Below, piece by piece: positions 36,461 through 45,756 of a DNA stretch of 64,000 nt. The stretch is from Candidatus Cloacimonadota bacterium (GTDB lineage: Bacteria > Cloacimonadota > Cloacimonadia > Cloacimonadales > Cloacimonadaceae): contig JAAYWB010000059.1 in assembly GCA_012516855.1 (NCBI GenBank), forward strand, positions 2,581 through 66,580. The letters run 5' to 3'. How positions within the stretch are numbered: the first letter of the stretch is position 1; each line of letters opens with the position of its first letter. Under the pieces are notes generated by a model. It did no database searches, was not told the origin of the DNA, and saw only the letters and a list, made by a program, of their open reading frames with translations. Made by a program: the position numbers and the translations under genes.

Positions 36461-37104
36461 TACAGTTCCCCCAGTCTTTTGGAGACGATGAAATTCAGCG
36501 CCCCCATCAGGATGGCGATGCCCCAAATGATGGCCACAAAAGACATTGGCAGGTCTTCGCGAATATCGGGGAAAAAGGCGTAGAAAATGTGGGTGAGCAA
36601 AACCGGCAGAATGACGATAACATATTGGGCAAAACGGATTTGTTTCCAGAAATAAACTATCACCCAGGCCACCACTAGCGTGATCAACATCGGCCAGGGA
36701 GTGAAATACAACAGATAACCAGTGTAGGTAAAGATCCCGCGCCCGCCCTTAAATTTATGGGTTACGGGCAGGCAGTGCCCCACCAGCATGGCCAGGCCAT
36801 AGAGCAGCATTACGTTTTTGTGGTACATCAGCTCTCCGCCGGCGATGGGGCTGTATGAATCCAGCAATTTCAGCAGAAGCTCTGTCACCAGCAGGAAAAC
36901 CATTGCTTTCAGGATGTCCAGAGCGCCAACCAGGATGCCCATGGGGCGGCTCACGTGAACATAGATGTTTTCTGTATCAGCCAGGCCGGTGCCCACTTTG
37001 TGGATTTTCAGCGAGCGGAAGGTCTTGGTGAACATCCGGGCGGTGGAAAAGCAGCCGTAAAAATAGGCCGCTACCATGACCAGTGCTATGATCAGGAAGT
37101 TCAC
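36460..37104 (-). CDS. PlsY-family glycerol-3-phosphate acyltransferase-like membrane protein (divergent)
   Basis: 214 aa. GHCLPVTHKFKGGRG matches the PlsY GH..P..FKGGKG motif. The canonical GSGN.GATN motif is replaced by GTGLADTEN. Confidence 0.55.
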   Translation of the reverse strand: MNFLIIALVMVAAYFYGCFSTARMFTKTFRSLKIHKVGTGLADTENIYVHVSRPMGILVGALDILKAMVFLLVTELLLKLLDSYSPIAGGELMYHKNVMLLYGLAMLVGHCLPVTHKFKGGRGIFTYTGYLLYFTPWPMLITLVVAWVIVYFWKQIRFAQYVIVILPVLLTHIFYAFFPDIREDLPMSFVAIIWGIAILMGALNFIVSKRLGEL

Positions 37105-37811
37105 TGGCCGCCCCCGTAGTTTCTTTGCCCAAACAGCACGGAGCCCAGCCGCAGCATGTTTGAGCCTTCTTCCAGTGCCACCTCGAAATCATCGCTCATT
37201 CCCATGGAGAGATAGTCAAGCTCCACTCCCGGGATGTTTTGCCTGCCGATCTTGTCCCGAAGTTCCCGTAATTGCCGGAAGTAGGGCCTGGTCCGCTCCG
37301 CGTCGATGCTCATCAAACCTATGGTCATCAGGCCGCGCACGCGCAGACAGGGCAGTGCCGCAATCTGCCAGAGCATTTCCTCAGCGTTGGCTAGGCTCAC
37401 GCCGCTTTTGCTTGTTTCCGCCGTGGTGTTCACCTGCACCAGAATGTCCTGCGTGAGGTTTTTATTGCCCAGGGATCGGTTCAGTTTCTGGGCGATGTGC
37501 AGGCTGTCCACAGACTGGATCAGAACGGGTTTCAGGCTCAAAAGGTTGTTTATTTTGTTGGATTGCAAATGTCCGATGAAATGAAAGCCGTCATAAGGCT
37601 GGCTGAGCATTGGGATTTTGCGCAAGGCTTCTTGCACCTTGTTTTCTCCGATGTGCCGGATTCCCAAGCTCAAAGCCTCATCAACAGTTTCCACCGAATG
37701 GGTTTTTGTAACGGCTACGAGTGTCACTTCAGAGCCGGTTCGCCCACATCTCTGCAGCGTTTGCTCTATCTTTTCCCGAACCCTGTTCAGATTGTCCGCA
37801 ATGGAGGACAT
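37101..37811 (-). CDS. yggS: YggS-family pyridoxal-phosphate homeostasis protein
   Basis: 236 aa. VTLVAVTKTHSVE (PLP lysine), HFIGHLQSNK, LSMGMSDDFEVALEEGSNMLRLGS. Confidence 0.85.
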   Translation of the reverse strand: MSSIADNLNRVREKIEQTLQRCGRTGSEVTLVAVTKTHSVETVDEALSLGIRHIGENKVQEALRKIPMLSQPYDGFHFIGHLQSNKINNLLSLKPVLIQSVDSLHIAQKLNRSLGNKNLTQDILVQVNTTAETSKSGVSLANAEEMLWQIAALPCLRVRGLMTIGLMSIDAERTRPYFRQLRELRDKIGRQNIPGVELDYLSMGMSDDFEVALEEGSNMLRLGSVLFGQRNYGGGQ

Positions 37812-38039
37812 TCAGGCTCCTAATTATTTGTGTATTTTATCAACAATCCGGGCGCGTTCCCAAAACCGGCTGGGATAATGATCCAGCGCGCATCCAGATT
37901 AACTTTCCCATTTTTGTTGTGGCGCATCTCTGTCAAGCAGAATCTCCCACTGGCATCCAACACCGAAAACTGACCAATTTTTTACTTGACAGGCTGAGAC
38001 TAAGATTAGTATTGCGCAAACCGATTTATTTGGGGAAGT

Positions 38040-40511
38040 ATGAAAAAGATATTGGTTCTTTTAGTCGGACTGGTCGCGCTGAGCATTCCAGTATTCCGAT
38101 ACCACCGACATTTCAATACTCACGAGCTGAGCCCCGGCCAGACTATCCGCAGGAAGAATGTATCCTCCAGATGGATTTTTGCCGACCTCGCCGGTAACAA
38201 CTATGACTATATGTTATCCGCAGCGCCGCAGGGCAAAAATACCTACATGCTGCAGGTGCGGGACCAGATCGGAAAAGACATCTCGCAGATAAATTATTCC
38301 CATCCCCTGCGCGGCATCACCGTGCTCTCCGACCCCCGCAGCAAAGCTCCGTGGATGTTTCTTAGCATCAACGACCAGAAAGCAACCGGCGTCCATGGTT
38401 TTCATTACATCTGGGAACCAATGCTCAAGCGCGAGGAAAGACAATTCGACGCCATAGCCCGCACGGATACTTTGATCGCCTACGAAGACTATGATTGGAG
38501 CGGGACCCTGCATCCCAAATTGCTCGAGGATATCGATAATGACGGCAGTCCGGAACTTGTTTGCCTGGCCTTCGATTCCTTTACCATAAACCCCCGCGGC
38601 CTAGTGGTCTATGACTTCGACAGCGGCGGGTTGAAATGGCGCTTCGACCTCAGCACCTGCATCTCTTCCCTGCTCTGTGACGATTTTGACGGGGATGGCG
38701 AAAAGGAACTGGTCTGCGGAACCATCGCCTATAAAAACACTGACCAGGAAATGCGGGACATGGACGACGCCCATTCCTGGCTGATGGTGATCGATGCCCG
38801 GGGCCGGCTTCTTCACCATGAAATGGTTAACGAAGGCTTCAGCCAGGTGTTGCTTGCTTCCGACGACATGGACGGGGATGCCCAAAAAGAAATCCTGGCC
38901 GTTTGCTCCACCAAAGGCAACGCCGAACTGCCCAATAGCGTGAAATGGCTGAATTGGACAGGAAAGCGGTTTATCTCGAAGGAAAGTTGGTTACTGCACG
39001 GCAATCTGGAATTCAACAACCCCGAAACCATATATAGCCTGATGGATGGGGAAGGCCGCAAGCTTGTCATTCTGGCAGCTATGAATTCACCCCTGATCGT
39101 TCTCGACAGCCAGCTCAATAAGGTCAACCACGACTTTAACGAGCCTGTGAGCAGTGTTTGGGGTGTTGAAGATCTCGATCTGGACGGCCGCAAGGAGATT
39201 CTGCTGGAAACCCGGGACAACCGTCTTGTTGTTCTGAGCAGCGATCTCAAGTCCAAAGCTGAGTTGGCAAACCCTTTCAACCTTGATGACAATTACTCCG
39301 TCCACATCGTGTACACCGGTTTTGGCAAGCCACCCAAGATCGCGCTGGCCATTGGGGCTGAGGTTCGTTATTACCAATACCGGCGCCTGCCGCTGTGGGA
39401 ACAGGTCACACGTTTCATCTGGTTGAACCTGGACTATCTGAGTCTTATCCTGTTGCTGGCATTACTGCTTCTGCTGATCTATGTCTACCGCCGTCGCCGC
39501 ATTATTATGATGGGCATCAACAATCTGGGGCAGGGAACGGTCCTGATGGCTTCCAAAGACAGGATCCTCCATATCAACGATTATATGCTGGACTTTTTGA
39601 AAGACGAATACGGCAATCTGCCTCCTGGTAATCTGAAATCGCTTTCCCGCCTCTATCCGGATTTGGCTGCTCTGATGCCCGATTTCGAGGCCAGCAAGGA
39701 TTCGGATTTTAACCAGCCCATGCTGTTGGGCCGCCAGCAGATGCGTCACAACGTTCAAATCCAGAAACTGGGAGGGTTGACCAGCAAGTTTCTGATCACG
39801 GCCCAACCTGACCTTCCCGCGCCAGGTGATGCCGCCGCCACCCTGGCCTGGGCAGATACCGCGCGCAGGCTTTCCCACAACGTAAGAAGGCATATCACCA
39901 ATATCATCCTGGCCCTGAAGCCCTTGCAGACTGGTGGGTTGGACGATAAACAGCTTGGATACACTGATATCATCCGCAGCGAGATAGAAAAGATCCGCAT
40001 CTTCACCCACGCCTTCCAGCGTTTTACCGAGCTGAAGGACTATGAGCTGAAGTTGCAGGATGTTATCCCCTCTTTGGAACACTGCCTGGAACGCCTCACC
40101 ATACCAACCGGCATCAAGCTGATCAAGAATTGGGACCTTGCCTCGGTGGAAGCCTGGATCGAGCCGATCCGCTTTGAAGAAGCGCTGGGAAACGTGATTG
40201 CCAACGCGCTCGACGCCATGGAGGAGGGCGGAACCCTGCACCTGACCGTGAAAAAATTCCCCAACCACTCTGGCCTTAATGGAAGGCAGAGCGTGATGAT
40301 CGAGGTGGAGGACAGCGGCAAAGGCATTCCTGCCAAATACTTGGAGGAGGTTTGGCAGCCATTCTTCACCACCAAAAACGACGGCACCGGAATCGGCCTG
40401 CCCGAAACCAGAAAGATCATCACCTCGATGGGCGGCACTGTTTTGGTGGAAAGCGAGGAGGGGGTGGGAACAGTCGTCACTTTTTGGCTAAAGGGAAGCA
40501 CTGATGGATAA
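38040..40511 (+). CDS. Sensor histidine kinase with large FG-GAP/VCBS-repeat (beta-propeller-like) extracytoplasmic domain
   Basis: 823 aa. Repeated DIDNDGSPELV / DDFDGDGEKELV / DDMDGDAQKEIL / EDLDLDGRKEIL motifs, a TM helix around residue 470, H-box RRLSHNVRRH, and an HATPase_c domain (EDSGKGIP...GTGIGL). Confidence 0.8.
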   Translation: MKKILVLLVGLVALSIPVFRYHRHFNTHELSPGQTIRRKNVSSRWIFADLAGNNYDYMLSAAPQGKNTYMLQVRDQIGKDISQINYSHPLRGITVLSDPRSKAPWMFLSINDQKATGVHGFHYIWEPMLKREERQFDAIARTDTLIAYEDYDWSGTLHPKLLEDIDNDGSPELVCLAFDSFTINPRGLVVYDFDSGGLKWRFDLSTCISSLLCDDFDGDGEKELVCGTIAYKNTDQEMRDMDDAHSWLMVIDARGRLLHHEMVNEGFSQVLLASDDMDGDAQKEILAVCSTKGNAELPNSVKWLNWTGKRFISKESWLLHGNLEFNNPETIYSLMDGEGRKLVILAAMNSPLIVLDSQLNKVNHDFNEPVSSVWGVEDLDLDGRKEILLETRDNRLVVLSSDLKSKAELANPFNLDDNYSVHIVYTGFGKPPKIALAIGAEVRYYQYRRLPLWEQVTRFIWLNLDYLSLILLLALLLLLIYVYRRRRIIMMGINNLGQGTVLMASKDRILHINDYMLDFLKDEYGNLPPGNLKSLSRLYPDLAALMPDFEASKDSDFNQPMLLGRQQMRHNVQIQKLGGLTSKFLITAQPDLPAPGDAAATLAWADTARRLSHNVRRHITNIILALKPLQTGGLDDKQLGYTDIIRSEIEKIRIFTHAFQRFTELKDYELKLQDVIPSLEHCLERLTIPTGIKLIKNWDLASVEAWIEPIRFEEALGNVIANALDAMEEGGTLHLTVKKFPNHSGLNGRQSVMIEVEDSGKGIPAKYLEEVWQPFFTTKNDGTGIGLPETRKIITSMGGTVLVESEEGVGTVVTFWLKGSTDG

Positions 40512-41845
40512 AACCAGGATTCTATTGGCTGACGACGACTCCGTTTTTTGCCGGCTGGTGGGTGACCTGCTGCAGCAAAATGGCTATGACGTCACACTCG
40601 CCCTGGATGTTCAAGGAGCGCGCCAGGCCTTACAGCGCAGCGTTTTCGACATCATGATGCTCGACCTCTGCTTTCCCGCGCTGATGGATGGTTTCAACCT
40701 GTTGGACGAGGTTCGGGAAAGATACCCTTCGATAACCGTTCTGATGATTTCAGGCTCGGGCCATATTCCCGATGTCGTGCGCGCCATCAAACAGGGAGCC
40801 TACGATTTCATCGAAAAGCCAATCGAGCCGGAACATCTGCTGCTGCGCATCGGAAACCTGAACACCAAGATATTGCAGGAAAGGCAGATGCGTCACTTGG
40901 AGCAAGCTGCCATCGGTATGGTGGGGGTATCCGCGCAGATGGGAAAAGTTTTCTCCGCCATCAGCGCCGCGGCCAATTTCGATTCCCCCGTGCTCGTGAC
41001 TGGCGAAACCGGTGTGGGCAAGGAACTGGCTGTGAGGGCGATTCACCGCCTGAGCAAATTCGGAACCCAGGACCTCATGAGCATTAATTGCGCTTCCGTG
41101 CCCAAAGAACTCTTCGAAGCTGAGCTTTTCGGCTATGAAAAAGGCGCTTTTACAGGGGCCGAGAAAGCCTTTAAGGGCTATTTTGAATTTGCCCGGAACT
41201 CCTCACTTTTTCTGGATGAAGTGGGGGAATTGCCGGCTGTGGTTCAGGCCAAACTGCTCCGCGTTCTTTCCGAAGGGGAAATCCAAAGGATCGGAGGCAA
41301 GGTGGGAATCTCCAACGCCCGCATCCTGAGCGCCTCCAACCAGGACTTGCAGGCTGCAATCCAAGCCGGAACTTTTCGCGAAGACCTCTATTACCGCCTC
41401 AACACCATCGAAATCCACATCCCTCCTTTGCGCCAGCGGATTTGTGACATTGCTCCCCTTGCCAGGCACTTCGTGGCCGATTTCTGCCAGCGTAACCAAC
41501 AGCCCCCCCAGGGAGATATCAAGCCGGGCGCTGGACTGGATGAGCGAGCAGAAATGGGAAGGTAACGCGCGTGAGCTGCGCAGTTGCGTGGAACGCGCCC
41601 TCATCTTTTCCGACGCTGATGTTCTGGGGCCGGAAGACTTTGCGGAACATAAACTTGAAATCCCGAACGCGGAGACCGGGCAGGTTTCCCTGCGCGAACA
41701 ACTGCGGCTCTGCGAAGCCAGCATTATCAGCCAGTCTCTGCAGGCCAACGATTTCAACATCAGCCGCACGGCAAAACAGCTCGGCATGGATAAGTCCAAC
41801 CTCAGCAAGAGGATACAAGCCCTGGGCCTTGACCTCCACGCCTGA
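40504..41845 (+). pseudogene. Sigma54-dependent (NtrC-family) response regulator interrupted by a +1 frameshift in a C7 tract (41503..41509)
   Basis: The REC domain (ILLADDD...MMLDL) and AAA+ domain (GETGVGKE, GAFTGA) are in frame 1 up to 41565. The rest (ALDWMSEQKWEGNARELRSCVERA... and the Fis-type HTH ISRTAKQLGMDKSNLSKRI) is in the next frame (track ORF 41444..41845). Removing one C from the run gives a continuous ...RNQQPPREISSRALDWM... protein. Confidence 0.8.
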
Positions 41846-41999
41846 CCCCATCCTCAACTTTTTCCCCGGTTTACTGGCCCTTTGCCCCTTCCCACTCACA
41901 TCCCTTTTGCCTCCCGCTGAGTTCCCGCTGCCCAAACGGGAAGTCAACGGGAAGTTCTCAGGATGTGGATAGGAAAGGGCAAAGGACGAAACTAGCACG

Positions 42000-42030
42000 A
42001 AAAAGCAGGGGCAACCGTGGCTCCCCCTGC
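42000..42030 (-). terminator. Rho-independent terminator of leuS
   Basis: The minus strand reads GCAGGGGGAGCCACGGTTGCCCCTGC followed by TTTTT, 22 nt after the leuS stop, between convergent genes. Confidence 0.65.
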
Positions 42031-42051
42031 CTGTAACTGTCTGTGATGTAT

Positions 42052-44538
42052 CTATTTGCCAGCGGCGATGGAGACCATCTTGCCGGGCACGACTATTACC
42101 TTTTTCACCACCCAGCCTTCGAGGCTGCGCTTCACGTTTTCCACCTCGAGGGCCAGGGCTTTCAGTTCCTCCGGATCAGTATCCGGCGCCACTTCCAGCT
42201 TGCCGCGCAGCTTGCCGTTGATTTGAACCACATAGGTGATGAGGTCACGCACGAGGTATTTTTCCTTGTAGCAGGGCAGGCCGGATTCGTGCAGAAGCTC
42301 CGTGAATCCAAGCAGTTGCCAGAGTTCCTCGGCGATGTGGGGCGCGAAGGGGTAGAGCATTTGGGGTATGATCCTGCAGGCTTCGGCGTAAACGGCCAGA
42401 TCGGCGTCGGAGAGCCCGGCGGGGTCTTTCACGGCCACGCAGTGGTTAAGATGCTCCATCACGGCGGCGATGGCGGTGTTGTACTGCATGCGTAACTGGC
42501 AGTCATCCAGCCACTTCTTCACTGTGCTGTGCGAGCTGTGGAGAAGTTCGCGCAGCGGGGCGGAGACAGCTTCCGGTTTGGCAGTCAGTTGCAGGCCTCG
42601 TTTGATGGTGTCCAGATTGCCTTCGATCAGGCGCCAGACGCGGTTCAGGAAGCGGAAAGCGCCCATCACGCCGTCGTCGCTCCATTCTACATCCTTGTCC
42701 GGAGGTGAGGCGAAAAGCAGGAAAGTGCGCAGCGTGTCGGCCCCGAAGCGGTCTATGATGTAGCCTGGGTCCACAGCGTTGCCTTTGGATTTGCTCATCT
42801 TGGCGCCGTCTTTGGTGACCATGCCCTGGGTGAGCAATCTGGAGAAAGGCTCGTCACAGTCCAGCCAGCCGAGGTCGCGCATGAATTTGCCGATGAAGCG
42901 GGCGTAGAGCAGATGCATCACGGCGTGCTCAATGCCGCCAATGTATTGGTCCACCGGCATCCAGTATTTGGCTTTGGCTGGGTCGAAGGGCATGGAGTCA
43001 TTTTTGGGATCGGCGTAGCGGGCGTAATACCAGGAGCTGTCCACAAAGGTGTCCATGGTGTCGGTTTCGCGTCTGGCAGCGGCTCCGCATTGGGGGCAGG
43101 CCACATTGAACCATTCCGGCACGGAAAGCAACGGATTGCTGGTTGTGCGGCCAACCTGGACGTTGTCAGGCAGCAGCACAGGTAGGTCTTCGTCCGGAAC
43201 CAGCACCACACCGCATTTCGGGCAATGGATCACCGGGATGGGGTTGCCCCAGTAGCGCTGGCGGGAAATTCCCCAGTCGCGTAGACGGTAGGTGTGGGTC
43301 ACCTTGCCGCAGCCTTTTTCCTCTATAAGAGCGGAAATGGCGGCTTTGGCTTCTTCGCTGTCCCGGCCGTCGAAGGGCGCGGAATTCACCAAGATTCCCG
43401 GCTCAATGTAAGCTTCGGCCATCTCATCCAGCACCAGGCTTTGCTCCGGGTTTTGGATCACCAGCAGCATGGGGGTGCCGTATTTTTTGGCAAACTCAAA
43501 GTCGCGCTGGTCGTGGGCTGGCACAGCCATTACGGCGCCGGTGCCGTAATCCATTAGCACATAGTTTGTTATCCAGATCTGAACCTTGTTTCCGTTGAGA
43601 GGGTTGAGGCAGCATCTGCCGCTGAACACACCCTCTTTGGTGGTGTCATCGGCGCCGCGCTGGAATTTACCGGCGTTGATAACCTTATGGCAAAAATCAT
43701 GCAGGACGTGGTTGTCAGGCTCTTCCGCCAGCCATTTCTGCACCAGCGGATGTTCCGGCGGCAGGGCCATGAAAGTCACTCCATAAACGGTGTCCGGGCG
43801 CGTTGTGAACACGCTGATGGCCTCGGAGCCGTCTTCCAGCGGAAAATCGATCAGGGTGCCGGCGCTTTTGCCTATCCAGTTCTTTTGCATGGTGATAACG
43901 CGTTCCGGCCAGTCTATAAGCTTGGAAAAATCGAGCAGTTCCTCGGCATAAGCGGTGATGCGGAAAAACCACTGTTCCAGTTCTTTTTGATCCACTTCGC
44001 CGTGGCAACGCCAGCAGAGGCCGTTTTCCACCTGCTCGTTGGCCAGCACGGTCTGGCAGTTGTCGCACCAGTTCTGCCAGGATTTTTTGCGGTAAACCAG
44101 TCCCTTTTCATAAAGCTTCTTGAAGAGATACTGGCCCCAAACATAGTAATCGGGACGGCAGGTGCTAACCTCGCGTTCCCAGTCCAGGCCAAAACCCATG
44201 GGATCAAACTGCTTGCGCATGGCAGCGATGTTTTCCTCTGTGGTGATACGGGGATGGGAATTGTGCTGGATGGCAAAGTTTTCAGCGGGCATGCCGAAAG
44301 AATCATAACCCATGGGCTGCATCACGCTGAAGCCCTCCATCATCTTCAGGCGGGCGATGGCGTCGCTGATGGAATAGTTTGAGAAGTGCCCGCAATGCAG
44401 CACCCCGGAAGGATAGGGGAACATTGCCAGCACGTAATATTTGGGCTTGCCGGCAACCTCGCCGGGGTTGAAGATCCGCTTATCGCGCCAGATCTTTTGC
44501 CACTTAGGCTCTATCTTCGCAAAGGGGTATTCCATCAT
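42052..44538 (-). CDS. leuS: Leucyl-tRNA synthetase
   Basis: Start at the ATG-ATG at 44538 after GGAGAC; the track start at 44631 adds an implausible Cys-rich extension. The HIGH-region equivalent is PYPSGVLHCGHFSNY. KMSKS is present, along with the editing domain and a zinc-binding CDNC...CWRC. Confidence 0.95.
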   Translation of the reverse strand: MMEYPFAKIEPKWQKIWRDKRIFNPGEVAGKPKYYVLAMFPYPSGVLHCGHFSNYSISDAIARLKMMEGFSVMQPMGYDSFGMPAENFAIQHNSHPRITTEENIAAMRKQFDPMGFGLDWEREVSTCRPDYYVWGQYLFKKLYEKGLVYRKKSWQNWCDNCQTVLANEQVENGLCWRCHGEVDQKELEQWFFRITAYAEELLDFSKLIDWPERVITMQKNWIGKSAGTLIDFPLEDGSEAISVFTTRPDTVYGVTFMALPPEHPLVQKWLAEEPDNHVLHDFCHKVINAGKFQRGADDTTKEGVFSGRCCLNPLNGNKVQIWITNYVLMDYGTGAVMAVPAHDQRDFEFAKKYGTPMLLVIQNPEQSLVLDEMAEAYIEPGILVNSAPFDGRDSEEAKAAISALIEEKGCGKVTHTYRLRDWGISRQRYWGNPIPVIHCPKCGVVLVPDEDLPVLLPDNVQVGRTTSNPLLSVPEWFNVACPQCGAAARRETDTMDTFVDSSWYYARYADPKNDSMPFDPAKAKYWMPVDQYIGGIEHAVMHLLYARFIGKFMRDLGWLDCDEPFSRLLTQGMVTKDGAKMSKSKGNAVDPGYIIDRFGADTLRTFLLFASPPDKDVEWSDDGVMGAFRFLNRVWRLIEGNLDTIKRGLQLTAKPEAVSAPLRELLHSSHSTVKKWLDDCQLRMQYNTAIAAVMEHLNHCVAVKDPAGLSDADLAVYAEACRIIPQMLYPFAPHIAEELWQLLGFTELLHESGLPCYKEKYLVRDLITYVVQINGKLRGKLEVAPDTDPEELKALALEVENVKRSLEGWVVKKVIVVPGKMVSIAAGK

Positions 44539-44865
44539 GTCTCCTTCCGGCCCGGCATTAATGATGCTTTGGGCCTTGTTACAGCATTTGTTATGCTGAT
44601 TTTTGCAAGGGCGGGTATTTGTCAAGCACAAGCTGACTCAATCCCCATCCCGCGGGATTATTCAAGCCTCATCCCGTCAGGGCTTTTCCGTTCCGGTAAG
44701 AGGCTGATGCCGAATCCTCTTTTATATAGCGAAGATTTTCCTTGCCATTTTTACGCCTTTCAGAATTGTGAAATAATGGAAATTTATTTCCCTGCCGTCT
44801 GCAGGCGGGGTATTGATTTACAAAGTGAAATGCTTATACAATATTTAGGAGGAGATAACTCACTC

Positions 44866-45756
44866 ATGAAAGCATTGATCAAACGCTGGGGACTCTTCCT
44901 CACCGTCAACTGCCTGGTCCTGGCAGTGCTGGGCGTAATCATGCAACTGGTAGGCGTTCCCAGTGAAAGCTGGATTCAACTGCTGGCCATCTGCGCCGTG
45001 TATGGCTTCGCCGGAGCCATCATCTCCCTGCTTTCCAGCAAGGCTTTGGCCAAATCGTCATACAAGATCACGCTGCTCACCCGCGGAACCGCTTCCGGCA
45101 AAGCCCTTTATCTCTATGACACCATCGAGAAAATGGCCGCCCACCAAGGCATCAAGATGCCGGAAGTCGGCATCTACCAGTCTGCCGACAACAACGCTTT
45201 CGCCACCGGCGCTTCCAAGAACAAATCGCTCATCGCCTTCTCCAGCGGCATCATGCAAAACCTGGACGAGGAAGAGCTGGCCGCCGTGGCCGGGCATGAA
45301 ATGACCCACATCACCGAAGGCGACATGGTTACCACCACCCTGCTGATGGGCACCATGAACACCTTCGTGCTGTTTTTGGCAAACGTCATCGCCTCCATCC
45401 TCAGCGCCCGCCGGGGCCAAAGAGACGAAAACAGGGGCAGCGCCGGGGTCATGAACAACTTCGGCCAGAGCGCCATCGCCATTATCCTGCAAAACGTGCT
45501 GATGGTCCTGGCCAACATCGTTTTGGCCGCCCATTCCCGCCGCCGTGAGTACGTTGCAGATGCAGGCTCCGCCAGGCTGACGAGCCCGGGACACATGATC
45601 ACCGCCCTGGAAAAGATCAGCAACGCCCACGTTCGCACCGTGCGCAAGGACGCTTTTGCCATTGCTAAGATCAACAGCAAGAGCGTCATGTCGCTCTTTG
45701 CCACCCATCCTCCGATCGAAAAGCGCATCGCGGCTCTCCGCGAAATGATGGTTTGA
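44866..45756 (+). CDS. htpX: Membrane zinc protease HtpX (M48)
   Basis: The ATG at 44866 follows AGGAGGAG; the track start at 44386 spans the divergent leuS promoter region. HEMTHI zinc motif, 4 TM segments, C-terminal THPPIEKRIAAL. Confidence 0.9.
   Translation: MKALIKRWGLFLTVNCLVLAVLGVIMQLVGVPSESWIQLLAICAVYGFAGAIISLLSSKALAKSSYKITLLTRGTASGKALYLYDTIEKMAAHQGIKMPEVGIYQSADNNAFATGASKNKSLIAFSSGIMQNLDEEELAAVAGHEMTHITEGDMVTTTLLMGTMNTFVLFLANVIASILSARRGQRDENRGSAGVMNNFGQSAIAIILQNVLMVLANIVLAAHSRRREYVADAGSARLTSPGHMITALEKISNAHVRTVRKDAFAIAKINSKSVMSLFATHPPIEKRIAALREMMV

Noticed and set aside
44386-44865. N-terminal extensions in the ORF track: htpX from 44386, leuS from 44631, M6 protease from 26348, biotin carrier from 6332, PAP2 from 36526, nadA from 52872.
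   Set aside because: The extensions overlap neighbouring genes or divergent promoter regions. They have atypical composition. Each is followed by an internal start with a good SD and the canonical family N-terminus or signal peptide.
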